From Craspedostauros australis (taxonomy: Eukaryota), in NCBI GenBank assembly GCA_030167865.1, contig JALAGF010002840.1, positions 1 to 36,932 on the forward strand: a stretch of DNA of 36,932 nucleotides. Reading direction: 5' to 3'. Under the pieces are notes generated by a model, which had not been told where the DNA came from, made no database searches, and worked only from the letters and a program-made list of their open reading frames with translations. This document shows, one piece after another, positions 10,292-20,126 of the stretch; within the stretch, counting starts at the first letter, position 1, and each line of letters starts with the position of its first letter. The position numbers were made by a program, and so were the translations under genes.

Positions 10292-11357
10292 ATGACCTGC
10301 ACAACAGCAACGGCAACGCCAACAGTTGATGCCAACACGGCGAGCGATCAGGACTGCGATGTGATCGTTCGCGATGGAGTGCGCAAGGAGATCGTGAAGC
10401 AGGTGCTGCGGAAGAAGCTGTCCAAGCTGAGACACCTGGTTGTCGAGAAGGGCATCGAACCGTCGTATCTCGATTCGCTGTTCCCCCAGCTGCTGCAATT
10501 CTTCGATCCCCAAAAGGTGGTGTACAACGGCGGCATCGCCAAGATCAAGGAATGGAAGATCAGCTGCTACCTCGAGGTCATGGAGGGCGGGGTCCCCTGC
10601 ACCAACCCCAACATGGATCTGCTGCGCGTCTTCTCGCCGCTGCTCGGCACCTGCAACGATCTCTTCTTGCATTGGTACGCCCAGCAGCATGCCTGCAACC
10701 GCCCGGGTTCCAAGTCCAGGCTCGTTGGCTGCAAGCGCCTCATGACCTTCATCACGAGGTACACACCAGCGCCCGGCGAGCAGGCGTTGTTGAAGCACGT
10801 CGACGGCGCCGGCAAGGTGGACGGATCCGTCGTCGTTGCGTTGCCGATCGATCGGTGGTCGGCGTCCGAAGAGGAGAATTCCTTCGTCAGCCATGGCGGC
10901 GGTCTGACCTTTTGGGATGGCAGGGACTCGCAGACGAAGAAGCCGCTGGAGGTTCATTACGAAACGAGGTCGGGTGATATCGCATTCATCGACAGGTACG
11001 CATTCGAATGCACGAGTACGCGCGAAGACGGCCTGCGTTGCAATGGGATATGTTGGAGAGGGGCAGGACGCTGGTGTTGGACGTGATTGACACACATGCA
11101 TGCGACGTTGCTTCGTATTAGTACGATTGCATTGCGACGACCATCGGATGCACGATGCTGAACTTCATCATGCAAAATGTACCGCTATCTTTGCTTCTAC
11201 ATATGTATGGTCAGACTCACACCATTTCTGCCATTCTACTCGTATTTTGCTTTTGGTTTGCGCCTGCCAATTCAGAGCGGTTTGGCACCAGGCCGACCCG
11301 ATCACGAAAGGAACACGATGGGCGCTCGTCATTTTCTATGAGGTACAGAAGTCATGA
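10292..11357 (+). CDS. 2-oxoglutarate/Fe(II)-dependent oxygenase (prolyl/lysyl-hydroxylase-like fold), 2 exons, about 261 aa
   Basis: Exons 10292-10995 and 11276-11357; intron GTACGC...TTCAG. HxD in RYTPAPGEQALLKHVDG, GGGLTF, and distal His and Arg in R|AVWHQADPITKGTRWALVIFY. Confidence 0.85.
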
Positions 11358-11656
11358 TCTTGACTCCAATACTCGTTCAGGAGCTGGGACTGGAGCTACT
11401 TTCCGTTCGACAAGGATCATGCTCCTTGCGTCTGACCACGATCAGAGTCCTCCGCGTGGGAATTGTTGGAATACTAAGAGGTGCAGATAGTACTCTCACT
11501 GCGCTCAACGATCATGCTTCATGCGCAACCGGGTGGCACGGCGCAATGAAGACATGGGATAGCACCGCCGGTTGGACAAAACATGTACTCCAGAGAACGC
11601 ATTGGGTTGTATATAGTAGAGCGCCCACTTCGGACGGACATGTTTTGATGCGCCGG

Positions 11657-13826
11657 CTACCTCCTGATAAGCCCGGCAAGCTTATCGATCTTGCCCAACT
11701 CTTTCACCACTTCTGGTGAACTCAGCATCGACTTCATGCCATCAATCGTCTTTGCTCCAATCTTGTGATCTTTCTTCTTCTCGCTCAGCGCACGGGCCAA
11801 ATCGCCAACCTTTTGGCGCCGTTTGCGGAGTGGATTGAGTGATTGATAGAAAGGTGTGTGAGCGAGAACCGGCGCCGAGACAACGTACATAAGAGAACCA
11901 CACAAAGCAATGCTTAGCATACAAGCAATAATGCAGCCGGAATAGAAAGACAATAGAGCATAGTCGCACATTCAACAGCACAATACGAGCGCACACACCG
12001 TGTCAAAAAACTTTCACGATCGTAGATGGAACCGCCATACTGCGCTCCGCAGCGCTGTGCTTACCTCAACTCTCGCCCCGTCCATCGCTTTCTGCCCGAC
12101 GTACTCGAGCACAACGTTCCTTGCCATATTCCCGACCATATGATTCTTATTCTCTACAGTCGCGTCCTTGATCCTGGTGTTGACGGACTGCGCCAGCATC
12201 TCCAGCACACGATTCGCCACATCCATTTCCACACCGCAAGTGTACATCTTGAGCAGGAATTGCAACGGTGCGACTGCCGCGACCGGCGCAAAGAAGTGGG
12301 TGCCGAATGCTGCGAGGACGCGGAGGAGCAACAGCATGTCCTCCGTTTCGTATTCCCCATTCGTGGCTCTCTGCAGGATTGGCGGTGGTTGCGAACGTGG
12401 ACGTGGCATTGCTGAAACAGGCAATGAAGCATGGTGAGATCGTGGGTCTTTGAAACGACGCATGCCAAAAAGGCACGGATATGCGTATGGCGCAGTCCTC
12501 CCTGGTCTCACAAATGCAATAACCTCGCTCAACAAAGCGATGCACTGAATATACAATGTGCAATGGCGTGCTGTCCATAGCTTTGCAAACAACCAATCGG
12601 CACTCACCCTCACAACTTCCTTGCTGATGTCACCGACAATGTATTCATCTTTCTTTGTGAAATTCGTTGCACTCAGCTTGGCTTGTTCATCGAGATATCT
12701 CGTGAGGTCTCCAAACTTCTGATCATGAGTACGAGTATTTTTGCAAGCAAATCGTGGCAGAGGGTGGCGGGGGATGAGAATGAGAAATGCGAATGGATTG
12801 TCCGTGTTGCAGAAGTCGCTCATGGATGCGAGTCGATGCATTTCGTGATCCACAATGCAGTGTCGAGCATATATCAATAATGTCATGCAAGCAAACATCG
12901 ATGAGATACGCTCCAAACTTACATAATCGTCCTTCCCGGTGATGTCGTTGACTGCGCCTTTGGCCTTGGAATCCAACCAACGGGAGATGTCGCCAAATTC
13001 ATCTTGGTGGATAGAAAGAGAGGTATCGTTTTGGAAGAGTTTGATGGAAAAAGATGCATCGAGTAAAGATTGTTGAGATCATGTGTTGAGATGATATTGG
13101 TGAGGATTCGATGGCTTGCGGAAGTGAAGATTGTGGTTTGGAGCCAAATGCCACACCCGAAAACATCACTCACATTCATTTTTGCCTGTCATGGTCCTTC
13201 CAACCGCCTTGGTGACATCGCCGAACTGGAATTCATTCGAGCGAAGGGCCAAGGAGCGTGTAGAAAAGCATGATGATCGTATCAGAGTTCCAATGTTGGT
13301 GTTGGCGTCGATGTTGGTTAGACAGATGTAGCAGCAGTTGCGAAGCAGGTGAGCAATAATATGACGGCCATGATTGCGATGATGAGAAAGAAAGAGATGC
13401 CTGAAGGACACGGCACGGCACGGGGCACTCTACCTTGTAATCGATCTTGCCTGTGACGTGCTGTCCGACCTTGTTGAGGAACAGGTCACCGAATTGGTAT
13501 CCTTCGTTTCCCTTGTCGGCACCCTTGCCTTGGTTGTTGACGATGTCTCTTGATGACGATCTGTCGTTCTGCTGCTGGTTGGACCGATCTGCAAGCAGCA
13601 CTGATGATTGACGTGCTGTGATGGATGCTGTCGTTGTTGTCGTTGTTGTCGTTGTTGCTGTTGACGGCGGAGAGAGTTGCCACTGAGGATGGCATCGCTC
13701 TTGCCTCTGCCAGTGGATTGGTTGCACGACGAATGCCATCGTTTGGGCTTGATTCGTGGTCGCTTCTGCACCGAACAAAGCCGGCAGCGCAAGGAGCACC
13801 GCGGATGATTGGCGTGGATTCACCAT
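11657..13826 (-). CDS. Uncharacterised Y-x-F-G-D repeat protein with probable bipartite (plastid) leader, 6 exons, about 364 aa
   Basis: Exons 13826-13434, 13225-13174, 13002-12923, 12718-12608, 12370-12065, 11809-11657 (1095 nt). All junctions are GT-AG; two acceptors are AAG. The spliced product has GYQFGDL, DYKFGDV, EYEFGDI, DYKFGDL and EYIVGDI repeats. N-terminus: hydrophobic stretch, then TMAFVVQP, then a Thr/Ser-rich segment. Confidence 0.75.
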
Positions 13827-14950
13827 TCCTTCCAACCTGATGTTGATCTTGGTCCTGTTGCCAATCTTGATGTTGATCCTGCCAACTATTGACGATGGTG
13901 AACGTAGCTGAGTGCTCGGAGTGTCGATGGCAGCAGCTGGTGGATATGATCTTCGGGACCTTGTTCGATGTGGTTGTGCCTCTTTCTTTCTCTTGTCTTG
14001 TCGGTTGTGCGTTTCTTGTTTTCGTCACAAGTTTCGTGTTTGGTGAGTTGTCGATGATGACGGTGATTGGCGGACAAGTTTGTATTCTACGTCAGAATGT
14101 GCAGAAAGACGAACGTTCATGTCCGTTTAAAAGGTATCTCCTGTGTTCGTGATAGTAGCCTGCAGAGTTCGGTCTAGAGCAGTGCATCAAGTCAAGGATT
14201 TGCGTTGCCTCCTCCCTCACATTCCATCATGTTGGTGGTATCGATGAAATCTATGCCGGGGAGACCAGAGATGCTCGTAAAGTGGCACATAACACATTGC
14301 AGCGCATCACAAGTTCCGTTCGTGAGGCTCAGCTATGCGCTTGTCTCCTTTGTCTTTCTCTTGGAGGCGAAGAATGGTGGATGACGCAGGTCGGCACGCA
14401 GCCACAATCTGCGAAGAGAATGATTGATGACCAATGTGCAGATCATCTCACTCGTCAGCAATGTGGTGAAAGCGAAGCGTTGAGTCTGTTGTTGCATGAA
14501 GATGCGAAAGAACTACTACTACTCTGGAAGATAGAGTATTCTCATTTCTTCTCTGTCGACGTTGACGACGTGAAAGGATTGGTTGTTCATGCTGTTGTTT
14601 GCTCTTCGGTGACGAAGCAATTGGATTCCACCTTCATCACCTCATCCGGTTGGTTGCGATCCAGGAAAGGATTCGAGTCGCAACATGGTCCGCAAACATC
14701 CAACCTCTTCGCATGTATGGCCTTCATGAATGGAATGGAAGGCATGGTGCGGACGCAGAATTGCGTGCGGAGGAGTGTGGTTAACGACGTTGCTGCTACT
14801 TGCTATTCTACTTGTGAATGGCTAGATGGTGTTGCTACTATTGCTGTTGCTCTCTATGTTGGGTTGTGCTATGTTACGTTATATTGTCCACTCATCCAGC
14901 ACTCCGCAACGTCGCTTGCATGCAAGTGAGGATGATATGTGCTACTGACA

Positions 14951-16225
14951 CTACTCGACCTTCTTGCGGTCCTTGGTGAGCGGAACATCCTCCAGCGACT
15001 TGTAGTACTGGATACCTTCCGTGCTGTCAACGTAATGGCAGGTCTTGGCGATCTTCCACATTGCCTGGTACCACGGAGTTGGATCGTAGTTGTACAATCC
15101 CTTGGGTCCGAGGTAGGCCTTGAGGGCGCGTGTGGCCTCGCGGGCGTTGTAGTGCGGCATCTCGTGGAAGAGATGGTGGGCGACGTGGGTGGAACCGATC
15201 TCGTGGTGGAAGAAGTCGAAGATTCCGTATGGGCGGTCAATGGTGGAGAGGGCGCCCTTGACCCAGGTCCATTCGCCGTCGCCGTAATGTGGGACGGATG
15301 GGTCAGAGTGCTGCAACCACGTGTAGAGGACGAGCCAGGCATTGACGTACATGTATGGGTGACAGTACCACAGGAAGACTGGGAGGAAGCCGTACTCGAA
15401 TCCGGCATAGACCAGGGCTCCGAGGGAGGCCATGGTGGTGGCAGTGGAGAGGGCGATTTTGAAGGAGACCTTCTCCGGGAACATGGGTGAGGTTGGGCGG
15501 AAGTGATCGGGGATGCCCTCGAGCGGGTTTCCCTTGTGGTCGAGCTTTCCGTTGGATGCGAGGCCGAGAAGGTAGAGCGGCCAGCCAATGACGAGATGGG
15601 TGAAGATTTGGAATGCGGCGAAGGCGCCGTCACCCATGGCCTCATGGTAGACGGCGTAGAAGGAGAGACGCTCGTGGTTGTCGCCGAGGCCGTTTTCCGT
15701 GGCGGTGGATGGGACGTGGGATTCTCCGTCCAGGAGGTGGTTCGTTCGTCTGTGGTGCTTGGCGTGGGTGTATTGCCATGCGTAGTACGGAACGAGGAGG
15801 GCCTGGTGGACGATGAATCCGACGACGTCGTTCCAGTCCTGCGATGGGGAGAAGGCTCCGTGGCCGCACTCGTGGGCCACAACCCATGGTCCCGTCATGA
15901 TGGTGCCCATCCAGAAGGCGTAGAAGTTCCATCCGAAGACCCAGGCGGCGAGTCCGCTTGCGTCGGTTGGAATGTCGGTGCTCAGCACCTGGCTGGTGGC
16001 GTAGACGAATCCGCCCGCAATGATGAGATCGCGGATCAGGTAGGACATGCCCCAGATGTACGATCTCTCGAAGCAGTGTGCTGGGATGGAGGCCTTGATC
16101 TGTCCCTTGGTGGGCAGCTCAGGGGCGTCCTTGGCCTGAGGGTCGTACGGTGACTTCCATTCCAGCGAATTGTCGGCGGCTTTCTGCTGCGCCGTTGGCT
16201 CTGATGTGCGTCCTCCCTTTCCCAT
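14951..16225 (-). CDS. FAD2: Microsomal delta-12 (omega-6) fatty acid desaturase, possibly delta-12/15 type, single exon, 424 aa
   Basis: MGKGG N-terminus, IPAHCFERS, His boxes HECGH, HAKHH and HVAHH, plus TWLQH, GALSTIDRPYG and MPHYNA motifs. Strong C-ending codon bias. Confidence 0.93.
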   Translation of the reverse strand: MGKGGRTSEPTAQQKAADNSLEWKSPYDPQAKDAPELPTKGQIKASIPAHCFERSYIWGMSYLIRDLIIAGGFVYATSQVLSTDIPTDASGLAAWVFGWNFYAFWMGTIMTGPWVVAHECGHGAFSPSQDWNDVVGFIVHQALLVPYYAWQYTHAKHHRRTNHLLDGESHVPSTATENGLGDNHERLSFYAVYHEAMGDGAFAAFQIFTHLVIGWPLYLLGLASNGKLDHKGNPLEGIPDHFRPTSPMFPEKVSFKIALSTATTMASLGALVYAGFEYGFLPVFLWYCHPYMYVNAWLVLYTWLQHSDPSVPHYGDGEWTWVKGALSTIDRPYGIFDFFHHEIGSTHVAHHLFHEMPHYNAREATRALKAYLGPKGLYNYDPTPWYQAMWKIAKTCHYVDSTEGIQYYKSLEDVPLTKDRKKVE

Positions 16226-17800
16226 TGTTGCTTATTCGCTGTGTGTTGTTAGTTGGGGTGGTGTATGGTTGATGTGTTGTTGACGTTGTTGGTGTGTTGT
16301 TGATGTGTTGGAGGGGGTGGTGTGAATGTGCGCGTCCCTTGATTTTATGGTGTTGTTGTTCAACCGGCTGCGATGTCGTTGTGTTGTGTTGTCGTTGTCG
16401 TCGTGATGTTGTCGTGATGCTGTGGATGACGACAACCAGATGCGTGAGTGAGCGGCTGTGGTGGGTGTGACAAAGACAACGTCAACTTGTGTGAGGCACA
16501 CACACTGCGATAGATGGTGCGAGGACAGAAACAGAGCCTTGTGCGATGTGGCAAAGAATGGAGATGTGTTTGAATTGAGGGGAGGGATCTGTCTCTGTGT
16601 GGTTTCGACCACGTCTGTTTCTTCTTTGCGCCACCACAAAGCAGATGGATGTGGCCTGATTTTCAGCCGGCCGTCTTCTTCGTCACACCAATGATGTTCC
16701 AGCAACTCGATCAACGACGAAGAGAGCCTATGTGGAGGCAGAGCGATTGGCGGAGCAACACAGGGCAACGCAACGCACTACAACGCATCTGACCCTCACA
16801 AGTAATACATGCACACGTGAGGTTCGGGTTGTATGTTGTGCAAAGATGTGGCAGAACAAACCAGAACGCAACAGGCTCATTTCGTGAGCAACGTTCATGC
16901 AACAGCCAATCATCGGCGTGCAACTCTCACGAAGAAAATAGTGAGCCACGTCGTCATTTGAGCATGAACGCGCCATTCGAATCATCCGACTCGATGGTTC
17001 GTCCTCAATGACGTGCGAAATTCAACTTCTCCGTCATCATCGTCCACATGCTTTTGTCACTCTTGCAACAAAAGCGAAGAAAGAAAGATGAACTTGGGCG
17101 AATGGAATCTTTTTGTGTGCGACCGTGACGGAGAATTTGTGAACGAAGCTTGTCACCGTCGGAATCAGTTACTGTGCGAGAGTGGGAAAGGTCACGCGGT
17201 CATAGTCGTCCAGTGTGTGTAGAGTGTGACAAGAGCACAGATACTACTAGCACCAACCACTACTATGAGTTTGGCGAAGTGAAGTTGTCGGAGAGTAGAG
17301 CAGGACAGAGCACTCCAGAGTATCGATGGATATCTGCAGTGAATTGCTGCCAAGTCACATCCAAAGATGAGGAAAGAAGGCGCAATACAATCCAAAGAAC
17401 AACTTCTGCAACCTCCTCGTGGTGTTGTCTGTGTTGATGTCGACGTATCTAACGATGCAGAAAATGCCACCGACAACTACACTTGTGTACTCCGCCGGTC
17501 TCTGTCGAGGAGTTATGAGATGATGGCTTCGCTCGTCCGCGTGCAGGAGAGACTGGTTGATGTGTTGCATGAACAGAGAGGGCGATGATGAATGAACCAC
17601 CATAATCGAAACATGTTTCGACAACAAGCAGAGATTCAACGTGCGTTCCATGCGCTTGCGCATGCTGTGCACGCATCAACATCAGCATCTCCTTTTCTAG
17701 TCTGTGTACCAATACAAGTTGTTAAGAAAATGCCCTTGTCTGTCTCTATCTGTTAGAACATGTTGGGCAGCAAGGAAAAAAGAGAGAGAGAGGAGCTGAT

Positions 17801-19144
17801 CTATTTGTTCTTCTCGGCCTCCATCTCGGCATCTCTTCGCAGCCATTCGTTTTCGACGGATTCTGGGAAGGTCCGCATGGAGGTATTGCCGACCATGATG
17901 TCGATGGTCATCTTCAACCGCCAGAGGACGTTGTGCTTGACGTACGGCACGCCGTACTTCTCGCAGATGGCGCGCACGGTGGGCGCCGACTGCTGGTAGC
18001 TGCGCATGCTGAGGTTGGGCCACAGGTGGTGCTCGATCTGGTAGTTGAGCCATCCGTGCATGAAGTCGATGGAGTCGGTGCCCATGTCGAAGTCGACGGA
18101 GGCGAGGATCTGGCGCAGGAAGAAGGATCCGGAGTATGGGCGGCAGGCGTGCTTGAATCGGTACATGTCGTCACCGGCGTGGTTGGTGGCGATGGCGATG
18201 AAGGAGTGGATGTTGGTGAAGACCTCGGCGATGAAGAGGTTGGCGACGGAGTTCTTGTACATCATGGCGCCGGTGTATCCGTAGTCGCCGAGCATCTCGC
18301 CGGCGAAGTAGAATGGCAGCGGGGTGAGGAAGAAGTGGATGAGGAGGTACGGTCCGAGCACGGTGCCGAGGAACTCCCAGCCGGAGTAGAAGACGTTGTG
18401 CTTGGTGAAGATGTCCTTGAAGGTGATTGGCTCCTCCGGGTTGACCCCCTTTGGAATGGCGTCTCCAGCACGGCGCATCTTTGCGAGCTTGAGCTCCTTG
18501 TAGGTGTTTGGGGCGTAGTAGAACCACTTCCAGGTGCACATGAGGACGAACACGTTGATGTACTTGAAGATGACCGGTCCTCCCTGATCGCGCAGGGCCT
18601 GCATGTTCTGCTCCACGAGATCGGGGTCGTGGATCTCGCTGAGGTTGTAGTGGTGGCGAGTGTTGTGCTCGATGTTCCATGCCTCTGGCATCATCCAGTC
18701 AAACCAATCGCACCAGCGTCTCCAGAAGGTGGAGACGCCGAACTTGAATCGCGACCAGCGCCCCTTGCGCTCTGGGTGGCACTTCTCGTAGCCGCCGTGG
18801 CAGGTGTGGTGGGCGATCATGGCCCAGCGCGAGAAGATGTACAGCGAGAGGCCGAAGGAGGCGAACACGTTGATGCCGAATCCCATGGTCAGCAGGCCGA
18901 AGGCGGCGCAGGCGTTGGACCAGCCAATCATCTTGTTGAGATGCTTGACATCGGCGTCTCCCTGGTCATCCTCGAGCTTCTTTCCCAGAGCGCGGATCTC
19001 CTGGTAGAACCCGTCGTAGTCGAAGTCCTTCAACCAGGCGTTGTAGTCCTTCTTCAGCAGCTCGGCATCGGCAGCGGCGGCCGGTCCGCTCAGCTTCGTG
19101 GTGTCCCCCTGGATGGAGGTGGTCTTGGTCTCTGGCTTGCACAT
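17801..19144 (-). CDS. Membrane fatty acid desaturase, front-end/bacterial DesA3-like type without a cytochrome b5 domain, single exon, 447 aa
   Basis: His boxes HHTCH(GGY), HNTRHH and GWLNYQIEHHLWP; RAICEKYGVPY; DPD after box 2. No HPGG motif and no signal peptide. Confidence 0.88.
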   Translation of the reverse strand: MCKPETKTTSIQGDTTKLSGPAAAADAELLKKDYNAWLKDFDYDGFYQEIRALGKKLEDDQGDADVKHLNKMIGWSNACAAFGLLTMGFGINVFASFGLSLYIFSRWAMIAHHTCHGGYEKCHPERKGRWSRFKFGVSTFWRRWCDWFDWMMPEAWNIEHNTRHHYNLSEIHDPDLVEQNMQALRDQGGPVIFKYINVFVLMCTWKWFYYAPNTYKELKLAKMRRAGDAIPKGVNPEEPITFKDIFTKHNVFYSGWEFLGTVLGPYLLIHFFLTPLPFYFAGEMLGDYGYTGAMMYKNSVANLFIAEVFTNIHSFIAIATNHAGDDMYRFKHACRPYSGSFFLRQILASVDFDMGTDSIDFMHGWLNYQIEHHLWPNLSMRSYQQSAPTVRAICEKYGVPYVKHNVLWRLKMTIDIMVGNTSMRTFPESVENEWLRRDAEMEAEKNK

Positions 19145-19261
19145 GTTCGGATTTGGCAGGTGGCAGTCTGTTGTTTATTATGAAGAAAGCAAGAGAGAGA
19201 CAGAGAGAGAGACAAGTTCCAGGCAACGCTTGTTGCGCTGGTTGGTGAGATGTCGGACGCG

Positions 19262-19309
19262 ATGCTTGGCGAAATGCTTGGCAAAATGCTCGGCGTTATG
19301 CTTGGAGAC
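19262..19309. repeat. 12-bp tandem array x4 upstream of the second desaturase
   Basis: atgcttggcgaa-atgcttggcaaa-atgctcggcgtt-atgcttggagac. Confidence 0.7.
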
Positions 19310-20096
19310 TACGTCAGGCCAAATGAAGGCTGATGAAGGAATAAATCCGACCACGAGAAGGAAGACCTGATGGTCTGCGCGAGGAGTGGTGATGACGACG
19401 CGGAATGCCTTCGTGTGCCTGTCTGCGCCACATGGACCCAAGGGACATCATGATTCGAACAACATTGGGAATGGAAACCAGCCAACCAACCAACGCACAA
19501 GAACAGCCAAAGAAAGTAAGAGGTGGTATGTGGCCAAAAGGACGCCGACGAAAAGCGTGGTGCTCCAAAAGTCGCGGTGACGCAACACACCCACCATCAA
19601 CAACAGCGACAAACCGAGAATTTTGGTTGGCTCGTTGGCAAAATCCAAAAACTGAGCAGAAGAAACCAAAAGATCGGATGCGCGCGAATGCGTGACGTGC
19701 GAGGCATGCGCGTGGTGGCAACGAATGGACCAATAAATGTGACCATGTCTTCGAAGAATGGAGCAGAGCACGCAAGAGTGACTGAAATGCGTATCAACAG
19801 CGAATTCGGCAGCGGGTTTTCTTTCTGAGTCATGATCCAAAACACAGTTGAATCGTTGGACTAAATATGTTGGTTGGCGTAGACAAGCACAGACGGTACA
19901 GTTTGGCGCCAAATTGGCTTTTCACCGAACTCCACATGACTTCCACGCTATTACACGAACGGATCATCAATCCGGCAGATCAGCAAATCAGCATCCAATC
20001 AATAGTCGACGTACCTAATCCCTCGACTATACTATACTGTACTCGAGTGCTTTCTACTTGGACTATTGGATTCAATGCGAATCTATTAGTACATGC

Positions 20097-20120
20097 GATA
20101 CGATACGATACGATAACATA
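20097..20120. repeat. (CGATA)n microsatellite just downstream of the glycosyltransferase stop
   Basis: gatacgatacgatacgataacata. Confidence 0.6.
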
Positions 20121-20126
20121 TGATGA

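Noticed and set aside
17933..19183. 416-aa + strand ORF antisense to the second desaturase; similar ORFs at 14939-15490 and 15503-16153 opposite FAD2
   Set aside because: Shadow ORFs produced by strong codon bias on the coding strand; V/G/E-rich with no motifs.
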